Shown here one piece after another: positions 46,122 to 56,776 of a DNA stretch of 64,000 bases. Location: contig CAYHZA010000004.1 in assembly GCA_964361095.1 (NCBI GenBank), forward strand, positions 2,236-66,235, in the 5' to 3' direction. The DNA comes from an uncultured Candidatus Saccharibacteria bacterium. Lineage in GTDB: Bacteria > Patescibacteriota > Minisyncoccia > UBA6257 > 2-01-FULL-56-20. The position numbers and the translations under genes are program-made. Below the pieces are notes generated by a model. It made no database searches and was not told where the DNA came from. It was given only the letters and a program-made list of their open reading frames with translations. Every line of letters starts with the position of its first letter. Position 1 is the stretch's first letter.

Positions 46122-47528
46122 GTGCTTAAGGCACTTCTTTTTATGGATGCACTAGGAAGATTTTTTTATCGGATGGGAGCTGGGATGTTTTTTTTGTCGG
46201 TTGTTCTTTTGGTATGGAGGCGGAATCACTATATAACGTTCGGCGTTTACATTCCTACCATTAAATTTTCGGATCTTCTTCTCCTGGGATCTTTGATCTT
46301 CGTCTGCGGGGCGCTTTTGCTCTCGCACTCTTTAAGAGATTTCCTTTTGAAAGAGTGGAAAGCATTCTCGCGGTGGGTGTTCCTTTGGGGTGCATTTATC
46401 TGTTTTTTTATTTTAGGGTCTTTTATCGGTTTTCTTGTGTTTCACGTAAATTTTTTTTCTGGGAGTATAGAGTATATTCGTCTTGGGATAGGACTTACGG
46501 AGTTTTTTCTCATCATAATTTTTGGTTTTCATAATGATCGCTATATTCGCTTGATTGCATACGCTTTTTTTTCCGCATTGTTATTGATCCCATTCCTTTT
46601 TGTCTCCATTGCAACGATTTTTGAATGGTTTGCCGTGGTATCACCCGCAAGCTATACATTGCTCGGCCTCCAGCCAAGTCCTTTGGTACTCGGCAGTTTC
46701 CTTATTATTCCCGCGACATTTCTTTTCGCCTATGTTTGCGCGGATAAAACTTTTAAAAAATATCTGGCATTGATCGGGGTTACATTTTTTGTCGCTCTTA
46801 TTATTTGGACCGGATCGCGTTCCGCTTGGATTTCGTCATTTATCGCGCTTCTTTCGATAGTTTTGGTGCATGCTCGACAACGTGCTTGGTCTTGGGTAGC
46901 ATTAATACGCGGAGGATTTTTTATTGTCTTGGTTTTTCTTTTCGGATTTTTGATATTGCCGGCGCCCGCTCGCAATACGGCGCTGGTGAGAATTTTCCCT
47001 TATTTGAAAGTTGATGTCGTCGTCGTGGATAATAATTTGGTTTTACCAAAAGAGTCTGAATTTCAGCATTATCTCCTTTCGTGGACTACGTGGGATTTTC
47101 TCCGTGTGAGTAGCCCTGTCGTTGATCTGGGTTTTCGTGAAGACAGAGGAGCGATATGGATGAAGTATGGATGGCGTTTTCTTGAAAATCCCTTGGGTGT
47201 CGGACCTCTTTATGCCTCTATTCTTCCCGAACACAATATTAGCAAACAAGGAGTAAATGCTCATAATCTCTGGCTTCAGGTGGCATTAAGCGGTGGCATT
47301 GGTGCTCTTATTGTTTTCGGCTATATTATTTTTGAGATTGGGCGACGACTTTGGAGGCTCGTGTGGCGTTATGCGGATGATGTTCTCGTCCTTGGTTTGG
47401 CGGGTGCATTTGTGGGTATGCTTGTGAATGCGATATTTATGGACACCCTTGATATTCGATGGTTTTGGATTATTTTGGGTATTATTACGGTAATATGGGA
47501 GAATAAAAAAGAAGAATTTTTCATCTAG
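46122..47528 (+). CDS. O-antigen ligase / Wzy-like polymerase family membrane protein
   Basis: About 11 TM helices, IWTGSRSAWISSFIALLSIV (Wzy_C-like) and a large periplasmic loop. Confidence 0.6.
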   Translation: MLKALLFMDALGRFFYRMGAGMFFLSVVLLVWRRNHYITFGVYIPTIKFSDLLLLGSLIFVCGALLLSHSLRDFLLKEWKAFSRWVFLWGAFICFFILGSFIGFLVFHVNFFSGSIEYIRLGIGLTEFFLIIIFGFHNDRYIRLIAYAFFSALLLIPFLFVSIATIFEWFAVVSPASYTLLGLQPSPLVLGSFLIIPATFLFAYVCADKTFKKYLALIGVTFFVALIIWTGSRSAWISSFIALLSIVLVHARQRAWSWVALIRGGFFIVLVFLFGFLILPAPARNTALVRIFPYLKVDVVVVDNNLVLPKESEFQHYLLSWTTWDFLRVSSPVVDLGFREDRGAIWMKYGWRFLENPLGVGPLYASILPEHNISKQGVNAHNLWLQVALSGGIGALIVFGYIIFEIGRRLWRLVWRYADDVLVLGLAGAFVGMLVNAIFMDTLDIRWFWIILGIITVIWENKKEEFFI

Positions 47529-47556
47529 GTAATATTTTGCGACTCCATAAAGAGCA

Positions 47557-48600
47557 ATGAGAATTATTTATAGTGGCGTTCGAAACGAGCATTATGTTCT
47601 CCAGCGCGGGAAAAGTTTTGAATATAATAATTTTTATTTGGCGCTGAAGAATATGCCCGATATTGAAGTTATCGAATATCCTTTTGATGCTATCGTGGCG
47701 CAGGGGCGACGCGTGTTTAACGATAATTTACTTGAGTTGGTGCGTAAGGAGCGGCCCGATCTTGTGTTCTGTTTTATGTATACCGATGAACTGGATCCGA
47801 GGGTGCTTATGGAAATTAAAAAATACACAAAAACAATCGCGTGGTTTGCCGATGACTATTGGAGATTTTGGAATTATTCCCGGAGGTGGGCACCTTACTT
47901 TTCTTCTGTTGTAACGACTTCGCACGAGGCATTCGAGTGGTATCATGCCGAGGGACATCGCAATGTTATATTGTCCCAATGGGCTTGTAATACCGCGCTC
48001 TATGCTCCTCGCGATGTTTCGCGTCGGGATATTGACGTAAGTTTTATAGGCCAATATAAGCCCGTGCGTGCCGCTATTATCAAAACATTGTCGCGTGCCG
48101 GTATTCGCGTTGAGGCATTCGGATTCGGTTGGCCGAATGGCAGGGTTTCGCAGGATCGGATGCTTGATATTTTCTCTCGGAGCAAAATCAATCTGAATTT
48201 GAATGTCCGACCGCACCTTTGGGAGCCGCGGATACTCGCCCGTCTTTTCCTTAAGAAATCTATTACCCGCCTTGTCCCGGATTTTCATTTTCTCGACAAC
48301 TTTTCGGCATATCGGCATGTTGTGCTCCCGCATATTCATGCGCGTCCGTTTGAGCTTGCCGGATGCGGCGCGTTCGTTATCTCGGGATATGCCGCCGGTA
48401 TCGAGAATTACTATGTACCCGACACAGAAATGGTGTTCTATCGTTCTCACGAGGAGTTGATCGAAAAAATCAATTACTATCTTTCTCACGACGAAGGACG
48501 GGAACGTATTGCCCGTGCGGGTTACGAGCGTACCCTACGGGATCACACCTACGAGCGACGTTTTGAGAAAATTTTCAACATTATTCACGCCCTAAAATGA
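47557..48600 (+). CDS. CgeB-family (DUF3880 + GT1-like) protein
   Basis: The domain pattern and size resemble spore-maturation CgeB-type glycosyltransferase-like proteins. Confidence 0.5.
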   Translation: MRIIYSGVRNEHYVLQRGKSFEYNNFYLALKNMPDIEVIEYPFDAIVAQGRRVFNDNLLELVRKERPDLVFCFMYTDELDPRVLMEIKKYTKTIAWFADDYWRFWNYSRRWAPYFSSVVTTSHEAFEWYHAEGHRNVILSQWACNTALYAPRDVSRRDIDVSFIGQYKPVRAAIIKTLSRAGIRVEAFGFGWPNGRVSQDRMLDIFSRSKINLNLNVRPHLWEPRILARLFLKKSITRLVPDFHFLDNFSAYRHVVLPHIHARPFELAGCGAFVISGYAAGIENYYVPDTEMVFYRSHEELIEKINYYLSHDEGRERIARAGYERTLRDHTYERRFEKIFNIIHALK

Positions 48601-49553
48601 AGATGCCCCTCGTATCCGTATTAATTTCTTCATACAATGCCGAAAAATATATTGAAGAAGCGATCAGTTCGGCGTTGCGGCAAACGTATCTGAATATCGA
48701 GGTTATAGTTATCGATGCCGGATCGACCGACCGTACTTCGCAACTTGTCCGAGCATTGAACGATAGGCGAATCCGCTTTATGCAGCATGCTTATGAGCCG
48801 ATTAAAGTAACCCGCAATGCGTTACTCAAGGAAGCCAAGGGAGATTTTCTGACTTTTTTAGACAGTGACGATATCTATCTTGCGGAGAAAGTAGAAGAGG
48901 AGGTTAAATTTTTAGAGCAACATTCGGAATATGCCGCGGTCTACTGTGATCTTCGGTATTTTTTCGACGGTGATCCAGAGCGGCTTTATCGGCATCGGTA
49001 CACTTTTTATTCGGGTGATATCTTCCCCCAACTCTTGGAGAAGATGTTTATTACAAATACAACACTTATGTTTCGGCGCGCGGTAGTCGAAAAAATAGGA
49101 GGGTACGATGAACGTCTTGGTATGGTTGAGGATTGGGATTATTTCTTGCGTATGGCGCATGCGGGATTTCACTTCGGTTTTTTACCGAAAGATTTGGTGC
49201 GGTATCGTTTGCGATGGGACAACCACACTCGCTTTGGCAATCAGGTTCCGATCCAGGAGTCTGCCGTAAAAATTTTTGAGAATCTCAAATTACATATGAC
49301 AAGCGACGAACGTGAACGATATGAAATTGACCGCCATATCGCGAAACGCAAGGAGCGTCTTGTTGTGGCATTACTTGCTGCAGGCAAGAAAAAGATCGCA
49401 TGGGTGTTGTTAGGGGAGTGTCGTACCGCGATGCGAACAACCCGATTGTTGCTTGTCGTATTTTTATTCGTCATTCCTTCCGTATTGTTGCGGTTTGTGA
49501 TCGAACGGGCTTGGAAATGGAAAAAGCGTAATCTTTTTGTTCCGGTTCACTAG
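48597..49553 (+). CDS. GT2-family glycosyltransferase
   Basis: LVSVLISSYNAEKYIEEAISSALRQTY...DAGSTD and DSDD (DxD). Confidence 0.8.
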   Translation: MKMPLVSVLISSYNAEKYIEEAISSALRQTYLNIEVIVIDAGSTDRTSQLVRALNDRRIRFMQHAYEPIKVTRNALLKEAKGDFLTFLDSDDIYLAEKVEEEVKFLEQHSEYAAVYCDLRYFFDGDPERLYRHRYTFYSGDIFPQLLEKMFITNTTLMFRRAVVEKIGGYDERLGMVEDWDYFLRMAHAGFHFGFLPKDLVRYRLRWDNHTRFGNQVPIQESAVKIFENLKLHMTSDERERYEIDRHIAKRKERLVVALLAAGKKKIAWVLLGECRTAMRTTRLLLVVFLFVIPSVLLRFVIERAWKWKKRNLFVPVH

Positions 49554-49623
49554 TCGTGCGTCCGAGGTTACGTTGGACACTCTATAAACCCTGTGGTATA
49601 GTGGTTTTGCTTTAATTCTCATT

Positions 49624-50532
49624 ATGAATCGTATTTTAATAACTGGTATCGCCGGATTTATTGGGAGCAATCTTGCGGATAGATTACTTAAAGAAGGGTA
49701 TTCCGTTGTGGGAATCGATAATCTATCCTATGGCGTACGGGAACAGGTGCCGTCCGGAGTTGAGTTCCATAAACTCGATATCCGTTCAAAAGAGATCTAT
49801 CCGGTTTTTGAAGGAATAGATGCGGTGTTCCATTTTGCGGCAAAGAACTGCTTACCCGATTGTCAGAAAGATCCGCTTGAAACTGCGGATATTAATGTGA
49901 CGGGAACTGTGAACGTTTTCGAGGCCGTGCGCAAAGCAGGGGTTCCGAAAATCATTTATGCCGAGTCATCGGCGATTTATGAGGATCGGGCACTCGGGTT
50001 TTACGCGATAAGCAAAATGGCGTGTAATGCTTTCGCCTCCGGCTATAGGGAGGCTTACAACGTAACAAGCATCGGACTTCGCTACTTTAATGTGTATGGT
50101 CCGCGCCAAGATTACCGGAGGACAATCCCTCCTGTGATGAGTACCTTTATCATTAAAGCGTTAAAAAACGAACCTGCGATCTTGTATGATGGTGATGAGA
50201 ACAATAAGAGAGACTTTGTTGCCGTCGACGACGTGAATGATTTCCACCTCTTGTGTCTTCGTGATGCGCGAGCCGATAATAAGGTGTTCGATATCGGGAG
50301 CGGCAGCAACTACTCGGTATTGGAGGTGTATAATGCGGTTAAGGATCTTTTGAAAAATTCGGCGGAACCCATTCGAAGAAAACGTTTACCGGATGATCCG
50401 GTGGTGCAAACACTCGCGGATATTACTCAATCGAAGGACTTAGGATGGGCGCCCAGGGTTTTACTACGAGAGGGTCTCGAACAGATGATCGCTTATATTC
50501 GCGAAGAAATGAAAAAAGGAAATATAAAATAA
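49624..50532 (+). CDS. NAD-dependent epimerase/dehydratase (UDP-sugar 4-epimerase-like)
   Basis: ILITGIAGFIGSNLADRLLKEGYSVVGIDNLSYG and YAISK (YxxxK). Confidence 0.8.
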   Translation: MNRILITGIAGFIGSNLADRLLKEGYSVVGIDNLSYGVREQVPSGVEFHKLDIRSKEIYPVFEGIDAVFHFAAKNCLPDCQKDPLETADINVTGTVNVFEAVRKAGVPKIIYAESSAIYEDRALGFYAISKMACNAFASGYREAYNVTSIGLRYFNVYGPRQDYRRTIPPVMSTFIIKALKNEPAILYDGDENNKRDFVAVDDVNDFHLLCLRDARADNKVFDIGSGSNYSVLEVYNAVKDLLKNSAEPIRRKRLPDDPVVQTLADITQSKDLGWAPRVLLREGLEQMIAYIREEMKKGNIK

Positions 50533-50536
50533 AAAC

Positions 50537-51523
50537 ATGATTCTCACGCGCGCGCCATTTCGAATTACGTTGGGAGGGGGAGGTACCGATTTACCGGCAT
50601 ATTATTCGAAGTACGGCGGTTTTATATTTGCGGCGGGTATTGATAAATATATGTTCATCAACGTGAATCGCCCCGTTGTTGACGATCTTATTCGTCTTAA
50701 ATACTCCGAGTCGGAGATGGTAGAACATAGAGATGATTTAAAGCACGCGAGCGCGCGCGAAGCGCTCCGCTTTATGGGCATTGAAAACGGTATTGAAATA
50801 AGTTCAATCGCCGACGCGCCTGCGGGAACGGGTCTCGGATCTTCGTGTTGCTACACAGTCGCACTTTTGAAAGGTTTACATGCTTTTAAGAGAGATTATG
50901 TTTCTCTCTATGATCTGGCGGGCGAGGCGTCGCACATTGAAATGGAAGTTTTAAAAAAACCTGCCGGAAAGCAGGACCAGTATATGTCGGCGTTCGGAGG
51001 GCTTACGGTTTTGGATATCGAAAAAGACGGAACAGTAAAAGTAAGAAAAGCGCGCGTTACCGATGATACGATAGACGCGCTCAACAGAAATATGTTGGTT
51101 TTTTATACGAATACCACGCGTAGTGCGGATCATATCTTAAACGATCAAGCGAGTTCAATACGGGAAGAAAAGAAAGATGTCGTGGAGAGTATGCACTATA
51201 TCAAAGATATCGGCTATAAGGTTCTTGAGGCGGTGGAAACGGGAAATCTTTCCGAGGTGGGACTCCTTTTCGATAAGCATTGGCAACATAAGAAAAACAC
51301 TTCTTCGAAGATGTCGAACGAGCGTTTTGATAAAATTTATACTATTGCGAAAGAAAACGGCGCCTTGGGAGGCAAAATTTCCGGAGCCGGAGGAGGCGGA
51401 TTTTTCACGTTTTACGTGGAAGGGGACCAGAAAAAATTTCGAGAAGCCATGAGACAATTGAATCTTCGGGAGATGAAGTATCGCTTTGATTTCGAAGGAG
51501 CAAAAGTGCTTGTTGATTTCTAA
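50537..51523 (+). CDS. hddA: GHMP kinase, D-glycero-alpha-D-manno-heptose-7-phosphate kinase-like
   Basis: MILTRAPFRITLGGGGTDLP compares with HddA MIRSRAPLR...GGGTD. GHMP motif PAGTGLGSSCC. Confidence 0.7.
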   Translation: MILTRAPFRITLGGGGTDLPAYYSKYGGFIFAAGIDKYMFINVNRPVVDDLIRLKYSESEMVEHRDDLKHASAREALRFMGIENGIEISSIADAPAGTGLGSSCCYTVALLKGLHAFKRDYVSLYDLAGEASHIEMEVLKKPAGKQDQYMSAFGGLTVLDIEKDGTVKVRKARVTDDTIDALNRNMLVFYTNTTRSADHILNDQASSIREEKKDVVESMHYIKDIGYKVLEAVETGNLSEVGLLFDKHWQHKKNTSSKMSNERFDKIYTIAKENGALGGKISGAGGGGFFTFYVEGDQKKFREAMRQLNLREMKYRFDFEGAKVLVDF

Positions 51524-51531
51524 TCTCAAAA

Positions 51532-52842
51532 ATGAATTCTTCCTATACGATCGGCGTGATTGGTCTTTGGCATCTCGGAGAGATTTACTCCGCCGGGCTT
51601 TCGGAGATTGGCCATCGGGTAATCGGTATAAGCGATGATGCTGAGTTAGTCGGCCGTTTCGCGAAAAAAATGCCACCGCTTCCCGAGCCCGGTCTTGAAA
51701 AACTTTTGGCTGATAATTTTGAGCGGGGTCGCCTGGAATATACGGTTGATATCGGACGTGTTTCCGAATGTAATGTTGTATGGCTTACGTTTGATACGCC
51801 TGTTGACGAGAATGATGATATTGATCTCTCGCCTATTTATGAAGCCGTAGACCGAATAATTCCCCATCTTCAAGAGGGAGTGCTCATGGTGGTTTCGAGC
51901 CAGATTCCCGTCGGAACTTCAACCGAAATTATGGATCGCATAAGGCGCGTCCGTCCCGAACTTACCTTTCGCTATGCCTACACTCCCGAGAATCTCCGAT
52001 TAGGGGAAGCGGTAAGGTGTTTTATGGAGCCCGTACGTATTGTCGTGGGCGCCGCGGGAGAAGAAGCATTTCTTAACATGAAGGATATTTTTACCCCTTT
52101 AAAGGCGGAAATTATTCAGATGTCTCCGGCGTCAGCCGAGATGGCAAAACATGCTTTAAACGCGTTTCTTGCTTCCTCGATTTGTTTTGCGAATGATTTA
52201 GCCGATATCGCGGAAGAAGTAGGCGCCGATATGCTCGATGTTTCGCGTGCTCTGCATTCCGATCCGCGAATCGGCCCCCGGGCGTATGTTGACGCAGGGT
52301 TAAGTTTTTCGGGGGGTACCTTAAATCGTGACATAAAAGTGCTTCGGGGTCTTGCTCAAAAATACAATATACATCCCTCGGTTATCGCGACGCTGTATGA
52401 AAAAAATGAAGCTCGGAAGAAGCTCGTGCCGGAAAAACTTGCGAAACTTCTCGGCGGACTTACCGGGAAAACGATTTCATTACTTGGACTTACGTATAAG
52501 CCCGGTACGAAAACTCTTCGGCGATCGCATGCGTTGGAAATCGCGAAAGAGCTTGTTGTTCGAGGAGCCGTTCTGCGCTTGCACGATCCGCAAGCGGAAG
52601 AAAAAGAGATCGGTATTCCGGCTGTTTTCTCGCGCGACGTCTATGAAGCATCCAGGGGAGCGCATGCCGTTGTCGTAGTAACCTCATGGCCTGAATTTAA
52701 AGAGATTGATTTTTCAAAACTGGCCGCTTCCGCGGCTCCCGGAGCGATCTTTTTCGACACGTTTAATTTTCTTTCGTCGAAAGAAAAGGCAATCGCCGAT
52801 GCGGGTTTTCGATACATAGGCATTGGAAGAGGAACCATATGA
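51532..52842 (+). CDS. nucleotide-sugar dehydrogenase (UDP-glucose/GDP-mannose dehydrogenase family)
   Basis: Three-domain UDPG_MGDP_dh architecture at 436 aa, with an N-terminal Rossmann IGVIGLWHLG. Confidence 0.65.
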   Translation: MNSSYTIGVIGLWHLGEIYSAGLSEIGHRVIGISDDAELVGRFAKKMPPLPEPGLEKLLADNFERGRLEYTVDIGRVSECNVVWLTFDTPVDENDDIDLSPIYEAVDRIIPHLQEGVLMVVSSQIPVGTSTEIMDRIRRVRPELTFRYAYTPENLRLGEAVRCFMEPVRIVVGAAGEEAFLNMKDIFTPLKAEIIQMSPASAEMAKHALNAFLASSICFANDLADIAEEVGADMLDVSRALHSDPRIGPRAYVDAGLSFSGGTLNRDIKVLRGLAQKYNIHPSVIATLYEKNEARKKLVPEKLAKLLGGLTGKTISLLGLTYKPGTKTLRRSHALEIAKELVVRGAVLRLHDPQAEEKEIGIPAVFSRDVYEASRGAHAVVVVTSWPEFKEIDFSKLAASAAPGAIFFDTFNFLSSKEKAIADAGFRYIGIGRGTI

Positions 52843-53702
52843 TACTTAAAGATAAAACAGCTCTCATAACGGGAGGAAGCAGGGGAATCGGCAAAGCGGT
52901 AGCGCGCGCGTTTTTAAGAGAAGGCGCGCGGGTTATGCTTGCCGCGTATTCATCAGAAGAAGAACTTGCCAAAACAGCTGCCGAACTTCAAGAAGAGTTT
53001 AAAAAAGATACGCCAACCGTGTATTATAGTCGATGCGATGTTTCTGATCCGATTGCCGTAAAACGGCTTATCAAGAGAACTCAAGAAGTATTTCTTTCGG
53101 AGAAAATCGACATTGTAGTGAATGCCGCCGGTATTTACGGTCCTATTGGCCTCTCTCATGAGATTAGCCTGGACGAATGGAGACGAACGTATGAAGTAAA
53201 TGTTTTTGGAACATTTATTGTCGTTCAGGAGGTTGTGCCTTGTATGATTAAAAATGGCGGAGGAAAGATTATTAATTTTTCTGGCGGCGGTGACGGGCCG
53301 CTTCCCCGTTTTAGCGCCTATAATTCTTCGAAAGTTGCCGTGGTGCGTCTTACGGAAACACTCGCGGAAGAGTTGAAACAATGGAATATAGCGGTCAATG
53401 CGATTGCGCCGGGTGCGGTCAATACTAAATTTCTTGATCAAGCGCTTGAGGCGGGAGAAGAGAAGGTCGGTAAAAAACGGTACCAGGAACTTTTGAAGCA
53501 AAAAACAGAAGGAGGAACGCCGCCCGAGAAGACGGCAGACCTCTGTGTTTTTCTTGCGTCCTCAAAATCGGACGGGCTCACGGGAAAATTTTTGAGCGCC
53601 GTATGGGATCATTGGTACGAGTGGGATGAGGCGAAAATAAAAGAAATTATGTCGACTTCGGCTTTTACGATCCGTCGTGTCGATCCTTATAGAAAAAATT
53701 AA
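52839..53702 (+). CDS. SDR-family oxidoreductase
   Basis: KTALITGGSRGIGKAVA and YNSSK (YxxxK). Confidence 0.8.
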   Translation: MILKDKTALITGGSRGIGKAVARAFLREGARVMLAAYSSEEELAKTAAELQEEFKKDTPTVYYSRCDVSDPIAVKRLIKRTQEVFLSEKIDIVVNAAGIYGPIGLSHEISLDEWRRTYEVNVFGTFIVVQEVVPCMIKNGGGKIINFSGGGDGPLPRFSAYNSSKVAVVRLTETLAEELKQWNIAVNAIAPGAVNTKFLDQALEAGEEKVGKKRYQELLKQKTEGGTPPEKTADLCVFLASSKSDGLTGKFLSAVWDHWYEWDEAKIKEIMSTSAFTIRRVDPYRKN

Positions 53703-53709
53703 CCGAATT

Positions 53710-54720
53710 ATGAAATTTTTACGCGTAGGTATCGTGGGTGCCGGTCTGATAGGGGCCAAACGCGCGGCGGCGTTGAAAAAAATCGGACGCGCAAGTCTTA
53801 TCGCGGTTGCCGATGTGGATTTTGAACGCGCGAAGAAGCTTGCGGATGAATACGGGGCAAGCGCGGTTAAAAAATGGGAGGATCTTGTATCGCGAGCGGA
53901 TCTTGATGTGATCATTGTCTCCGTGCCGAATAAATTTACGGCGCCGATCGCGATTCAAGCGTTGAAAAACGGCAAGCATGTACTGTGCGAAAAACCTTTC
54001 GGGCGGAACGCCAAAGAGGCAAAAGCAATTCTTGACGCGGGCAAAAAACACAAGCGCCTTATTAAGGTCGGGTTCAGCAATCGTTTTCATCCCGGAATCT
54101 TTCGGGCGAAGCAACTTTTTGATCAAGGTCTTATTGGAAATGCGCTTTTTATTCGCGCCCGACACGGCCATGGCGGCCGCGTTGGCATGGAAAAGGAGTG
54201 GCGGTTGCGGCGGGAAATTTCGGGCGGTGGCGAATTATTGGATCAAGGAGTACATATTATCGATCTTTGCCGCTGGTTCGGAGGTGAATTTACCGAAGTG
54301 TTCGGGTGCGCGGATACGAAATATTGGAAAACAAACGTGGATGACAACGCGTTCGCGATTATGCGCAATAAAAAAATAACCGCCGCGTTTCACGTAAGTA
54401 CCACCAATTGGGGCAACATCTTTTCTTTTGAAGTATTCGGCGAGAAAGGAGCGCTCACGGTTCACGGATTGGGAAGGCGTTACGGTACGGAAACTTTGGA
54501 AGTGGGTATAAAACAACTGCCATTCGGTGATTTAAAAACCGAAACCTATACCTATCCTCCGGATATCGACGAGAGCTGGGAAGACGAGTGGAAAAATTTC
54601 TTGGAAGCCATTTTGAACAAAAAAAAGCTTATCGGTGACGCAATGGACGGATATCGCGTGAATCGGATCGTTGACGCGATCTATCGTTCTTCGAAAACAA
54701 AGAAAACAATCAAGCTTTGA
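53710..54720 (+). CDS. Gfo/Idh/MocA-family oxidoreductase
   Basis: LRVGIVGAGLIG, EKP motif and a C-terminal alpha/beta domain. Confidence 0.8.
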   Translation: MKFLRVGIVGAGLIGAKRAAALKKIGRASLIAVADVDFERAKKLADEYGASAVKKWEDLVSRADLDVIIVSVPNKFTAPIAIQALKNGKHVLCEKPFGRNAKEAKAILDAGKKHKRLIKVGFSNRFHPGIFRAKQLFDQGLIGNALFIRARHGHGGRVGMEKEWRLRREISGGGELLDQGVHIIDLCRWFGGEFTEVFGCADTKYWKTNVDDNAFAIMRNKKITAAFHVSTTNWGNIFSFEVFGEKGALTVHGLGRRYGTETLEVGIKQLPFGDLKTETYTYPPDIDESWEDEWKNFLEAILNKKKLIGDAMDGYRVNRIVDAIYRSSKTKKTIKL

Positions 54721-54757
54721 TTTTGACATTCTTTGCTATGTCTTTTAAGCTCTAATA

Positions 54758-55474
54758 ATGAAAACCGTAGCGGACTTGCGTATTAAGATCTTTGGGGATG
54801 GCGCCGACAAGGCAAGTATGCTTGAACTTGCGAAGAAGCCTTTTATTAAGGGTTTCACGACAAATCCGACGCTTATGCAAAAAGCGGGAATTTCCGATTA
54901 TCAGGCGTTCGCGAAGGATATTCTTGCGGCGATTACCGCACTGCCGGTTTCGTTCGAGGTTTTTGCCGATACGTTTTCGGAGATGGAGCGGCAGGCACGG
55001 ATTATCGCTTCGTGGGGAAGTAATGTGTACGTAAAGATTCCTATCACGAATACCAAGCATGAATCGGCGATTCCTTTGGTTAAAAAACTCACCGCCGAGG
55101 GGATCAAGATCAATGTGACCGCGATGCTTACCTTGGAACAAGTGCGGGATGTCGCGGCGAATTTCGCTTCGGGAACACCCGGAATCGTTTCGGTTTTCGC
55201 GGGCCGTATTGCCGATACCGGCAGGGACCCGGTACCGATGATGCAAGAGGCAAAAAAAATCCTCGCGTCACAACCGAATCTGGAACTTTTATGGGCGAGC
55301 CCGCGGGAGCTTTTGAATATTTTCCAGGCGGATGATATCGGATGCGAAATTATTACGGTCACTCCCGATATTTTGAAAAAACTCGACAAAGTAGGGTACG
55401 ACCTTGACATATTGTCGCTTGATACGGTAAAAATGTTCTATGACGACGGCAAAAAAGCCGGTTATACCCTTTAA
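54758..55474 (+). CDS. tal: transaldolase (Tal/FSA family)
   Basis: IKIFGDGAD...FTTNPTLM...VYVKIP matches the short transaldolase / fructose-6-phosphate aldolase family. Confidence 0.8.
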   Translation: MKTVADLRIKIFGDGADKASMLELAKKPFIKGFTTNPTLMQKAGISDYQAFAKDILAAITALPVSFEVFADTFSEMERQARIIASWGSNVYVKIPITNTKHESAIPLVKKLTAEGIKINVTAMLTLEQVRDVAANFASGTPGIVSVFAGRIADTGRDPVPMMQEAKKILASQPNLELLWASPRELLNIFQADDIGCEIITVTPDILKKLDKVGYDLDILSLDTVKMFYDDGKKAGYTL

Positions 55475-55476
55475 CT

Positions 55477-56079
55477 ATGTATCACGATTATATCCATTCA
55501 TATCTCGCCGAGGTACAAGAGGTCGCCGCGAAGCTTGACCGCGAGGCGATCAATAAAGCAATAGGCATCCTAAAAGAAGTCCGCGACAAAAAGGGGCGGC
55601 TTTTTATTCTCGGTGTTGGCGGGAGCGCGGGGAACGCGAGCCATGCGGTCAATGATTTCAGAAAACTTGCGGGTATCGAATCGTACGCTCCTACGGACAA
55701 TGTTTCGGAACTTACCGCACGTACGAATGACGACGGCTGGGAGAGCGTGTTTGTGAGGTGGCTCGAAGGAAGCTCGGTGGGAGCGAAGGATGCCATTATG
55801 GTTTTTTCGGTTGGAGGAGGAAATGCCGAAAAAAATGTGAGCATGAATATTATTCATGCTCTGGAATATGGCAAGAAAAACGGAGCGAAGGTGATCGGCA
55901 TTGTAAGTCGCGACGGAGGACATACGAAGAAAGTAGCCGATGCCTGTATTTTGGTTCCCGTTGTAAATCCCGAGAACGTAACCGCGCATGCCGAGGCGTT
56001 TCAGGCGGTCATTTGGCACTTGATGGCTTTTCACCCCAAGTTCAAGGTGAACGAAGGGAAATGGGAATCAACGGTATAA
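55477..56079 (+). CDS. gmhA: sedoheptulose-7-phosphate isomerase (phosphoheptose isomerase)
   Basis: SIS domain with GRLFILGVGGSAGNASHAVNDF and a 200-aa length typical of GmhA. Confidence 0.8.
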   Translation: MYHDYIHSYLAEVQEVAAKLDREAINKAIGILKEVRDKKGRLFILGVGGSAGNASHAVNDFRKLAGIESYAPTDNVSELTARTNDDGWESVFVRWLEGSSVGAKDAIMVFSVGGGNAEKNVSMNIIHALEYGKKNGAKVIGIVSRDGGHTKKVADACILVPVVNPENVTAHAEAFQAVIWHLMAFHPKFKVNEGKWESTV

Positions 56080-56151
56080 ACCCCGTTACTTCCTGAGTAG
56101 AGGCGATAGGATTTTTTTAAAAAATAATTCAATGCGGCAACCCGAAGGAAT

Positions 56152-56721
56152 ATGCTACGCGTTCAAGGAAGTAACGGGGTAAAACACAAAGCGGTTTTTC
56201 TTGATCGGGACGGAACGATTCTCCGTCCGATTTTGGTACTTACGAAGCCGACTCAGGTGCGTCCATATGCTGTTGCCGCCCGTGCGATTAAGCTTTTGAA
56301 TCAATTGGGATATCTTGTCGTCGTGGTTACGAATCAGCCGATTATTGAAAAGGGGTTTATAGATGAGAGGGGTGTGAAAAAGCTCCACGCGGTGCTCCAA
56401 AAAAAACTTGCGAAGGGTGGCGCGCTGGTTCGCGCGTTTTATGTGTGCCCTCATCGTTATCCTTCAACGTGTCGGTGCCGCAAACCGAATATAGGATTAG
56501 TGCGGAGAGCGCAAAAGGAATTCAAAATAGATCTTAAAAAAAGTTTTTTTGTGGGGGATTCGACGCGTGACGTGCAAACGGGCAAAAACGCCGGCATAAA
56601 AACTATTTTGGTGCGCACGGGCGAGGGAGGGAAAGACACTCGGTTTTATAAGGCAAAAGCGGATTATGTCGCGCGCGATATTTTAGGCGCCGTAAAACTC
56701 ATAGAGAAACTTTCGGGGTAA
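56152..56721 (+). CDS. gmhB: D-glycero-D-manno-heptose-1,7-bisphosphate 7-phosphatase (HAD)
   Basis: AVFLDRDGTI (HAD motif I), ...GDSTRD and a GmhB-like Cys cluster CPHRYPSTCRCRKP. Confidence 0.8.
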   Translation: MLRVQGSNGVKHKAVFLDRDGTILRPILVLTKPTQVRPYAVAARAIKLLNQLGYLVVVVTNQPIIEKGFIDERGVKKLHAVLQKKLAKGGALVRAFYVCPHRYPSTCRCRKPNIGLVRRAQKEFKIDLKKSFFVGDSTRDVQTGKNAGIKTILVRTGEGGKDTRFYKAKADYVARDILGAVKLIEKLSG

Positions 56722-56776
56722 AAAAGTGGCCGCACAGGATAGTTGCCCGTGCGGCCATGATGAGTTGCTGTTGTTT

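Noticed and set aside
47728-48489. 253-aa minus-strand ORF
   Set aside because: It is antisense to the CgeB-like gene, which continues the plus-strand operon with overlapping stop/start codons.
54752-55410. 164-aa and 169-aa minus-strand ORFs
   Set aside because: They are antisense to the transaldolase gene.
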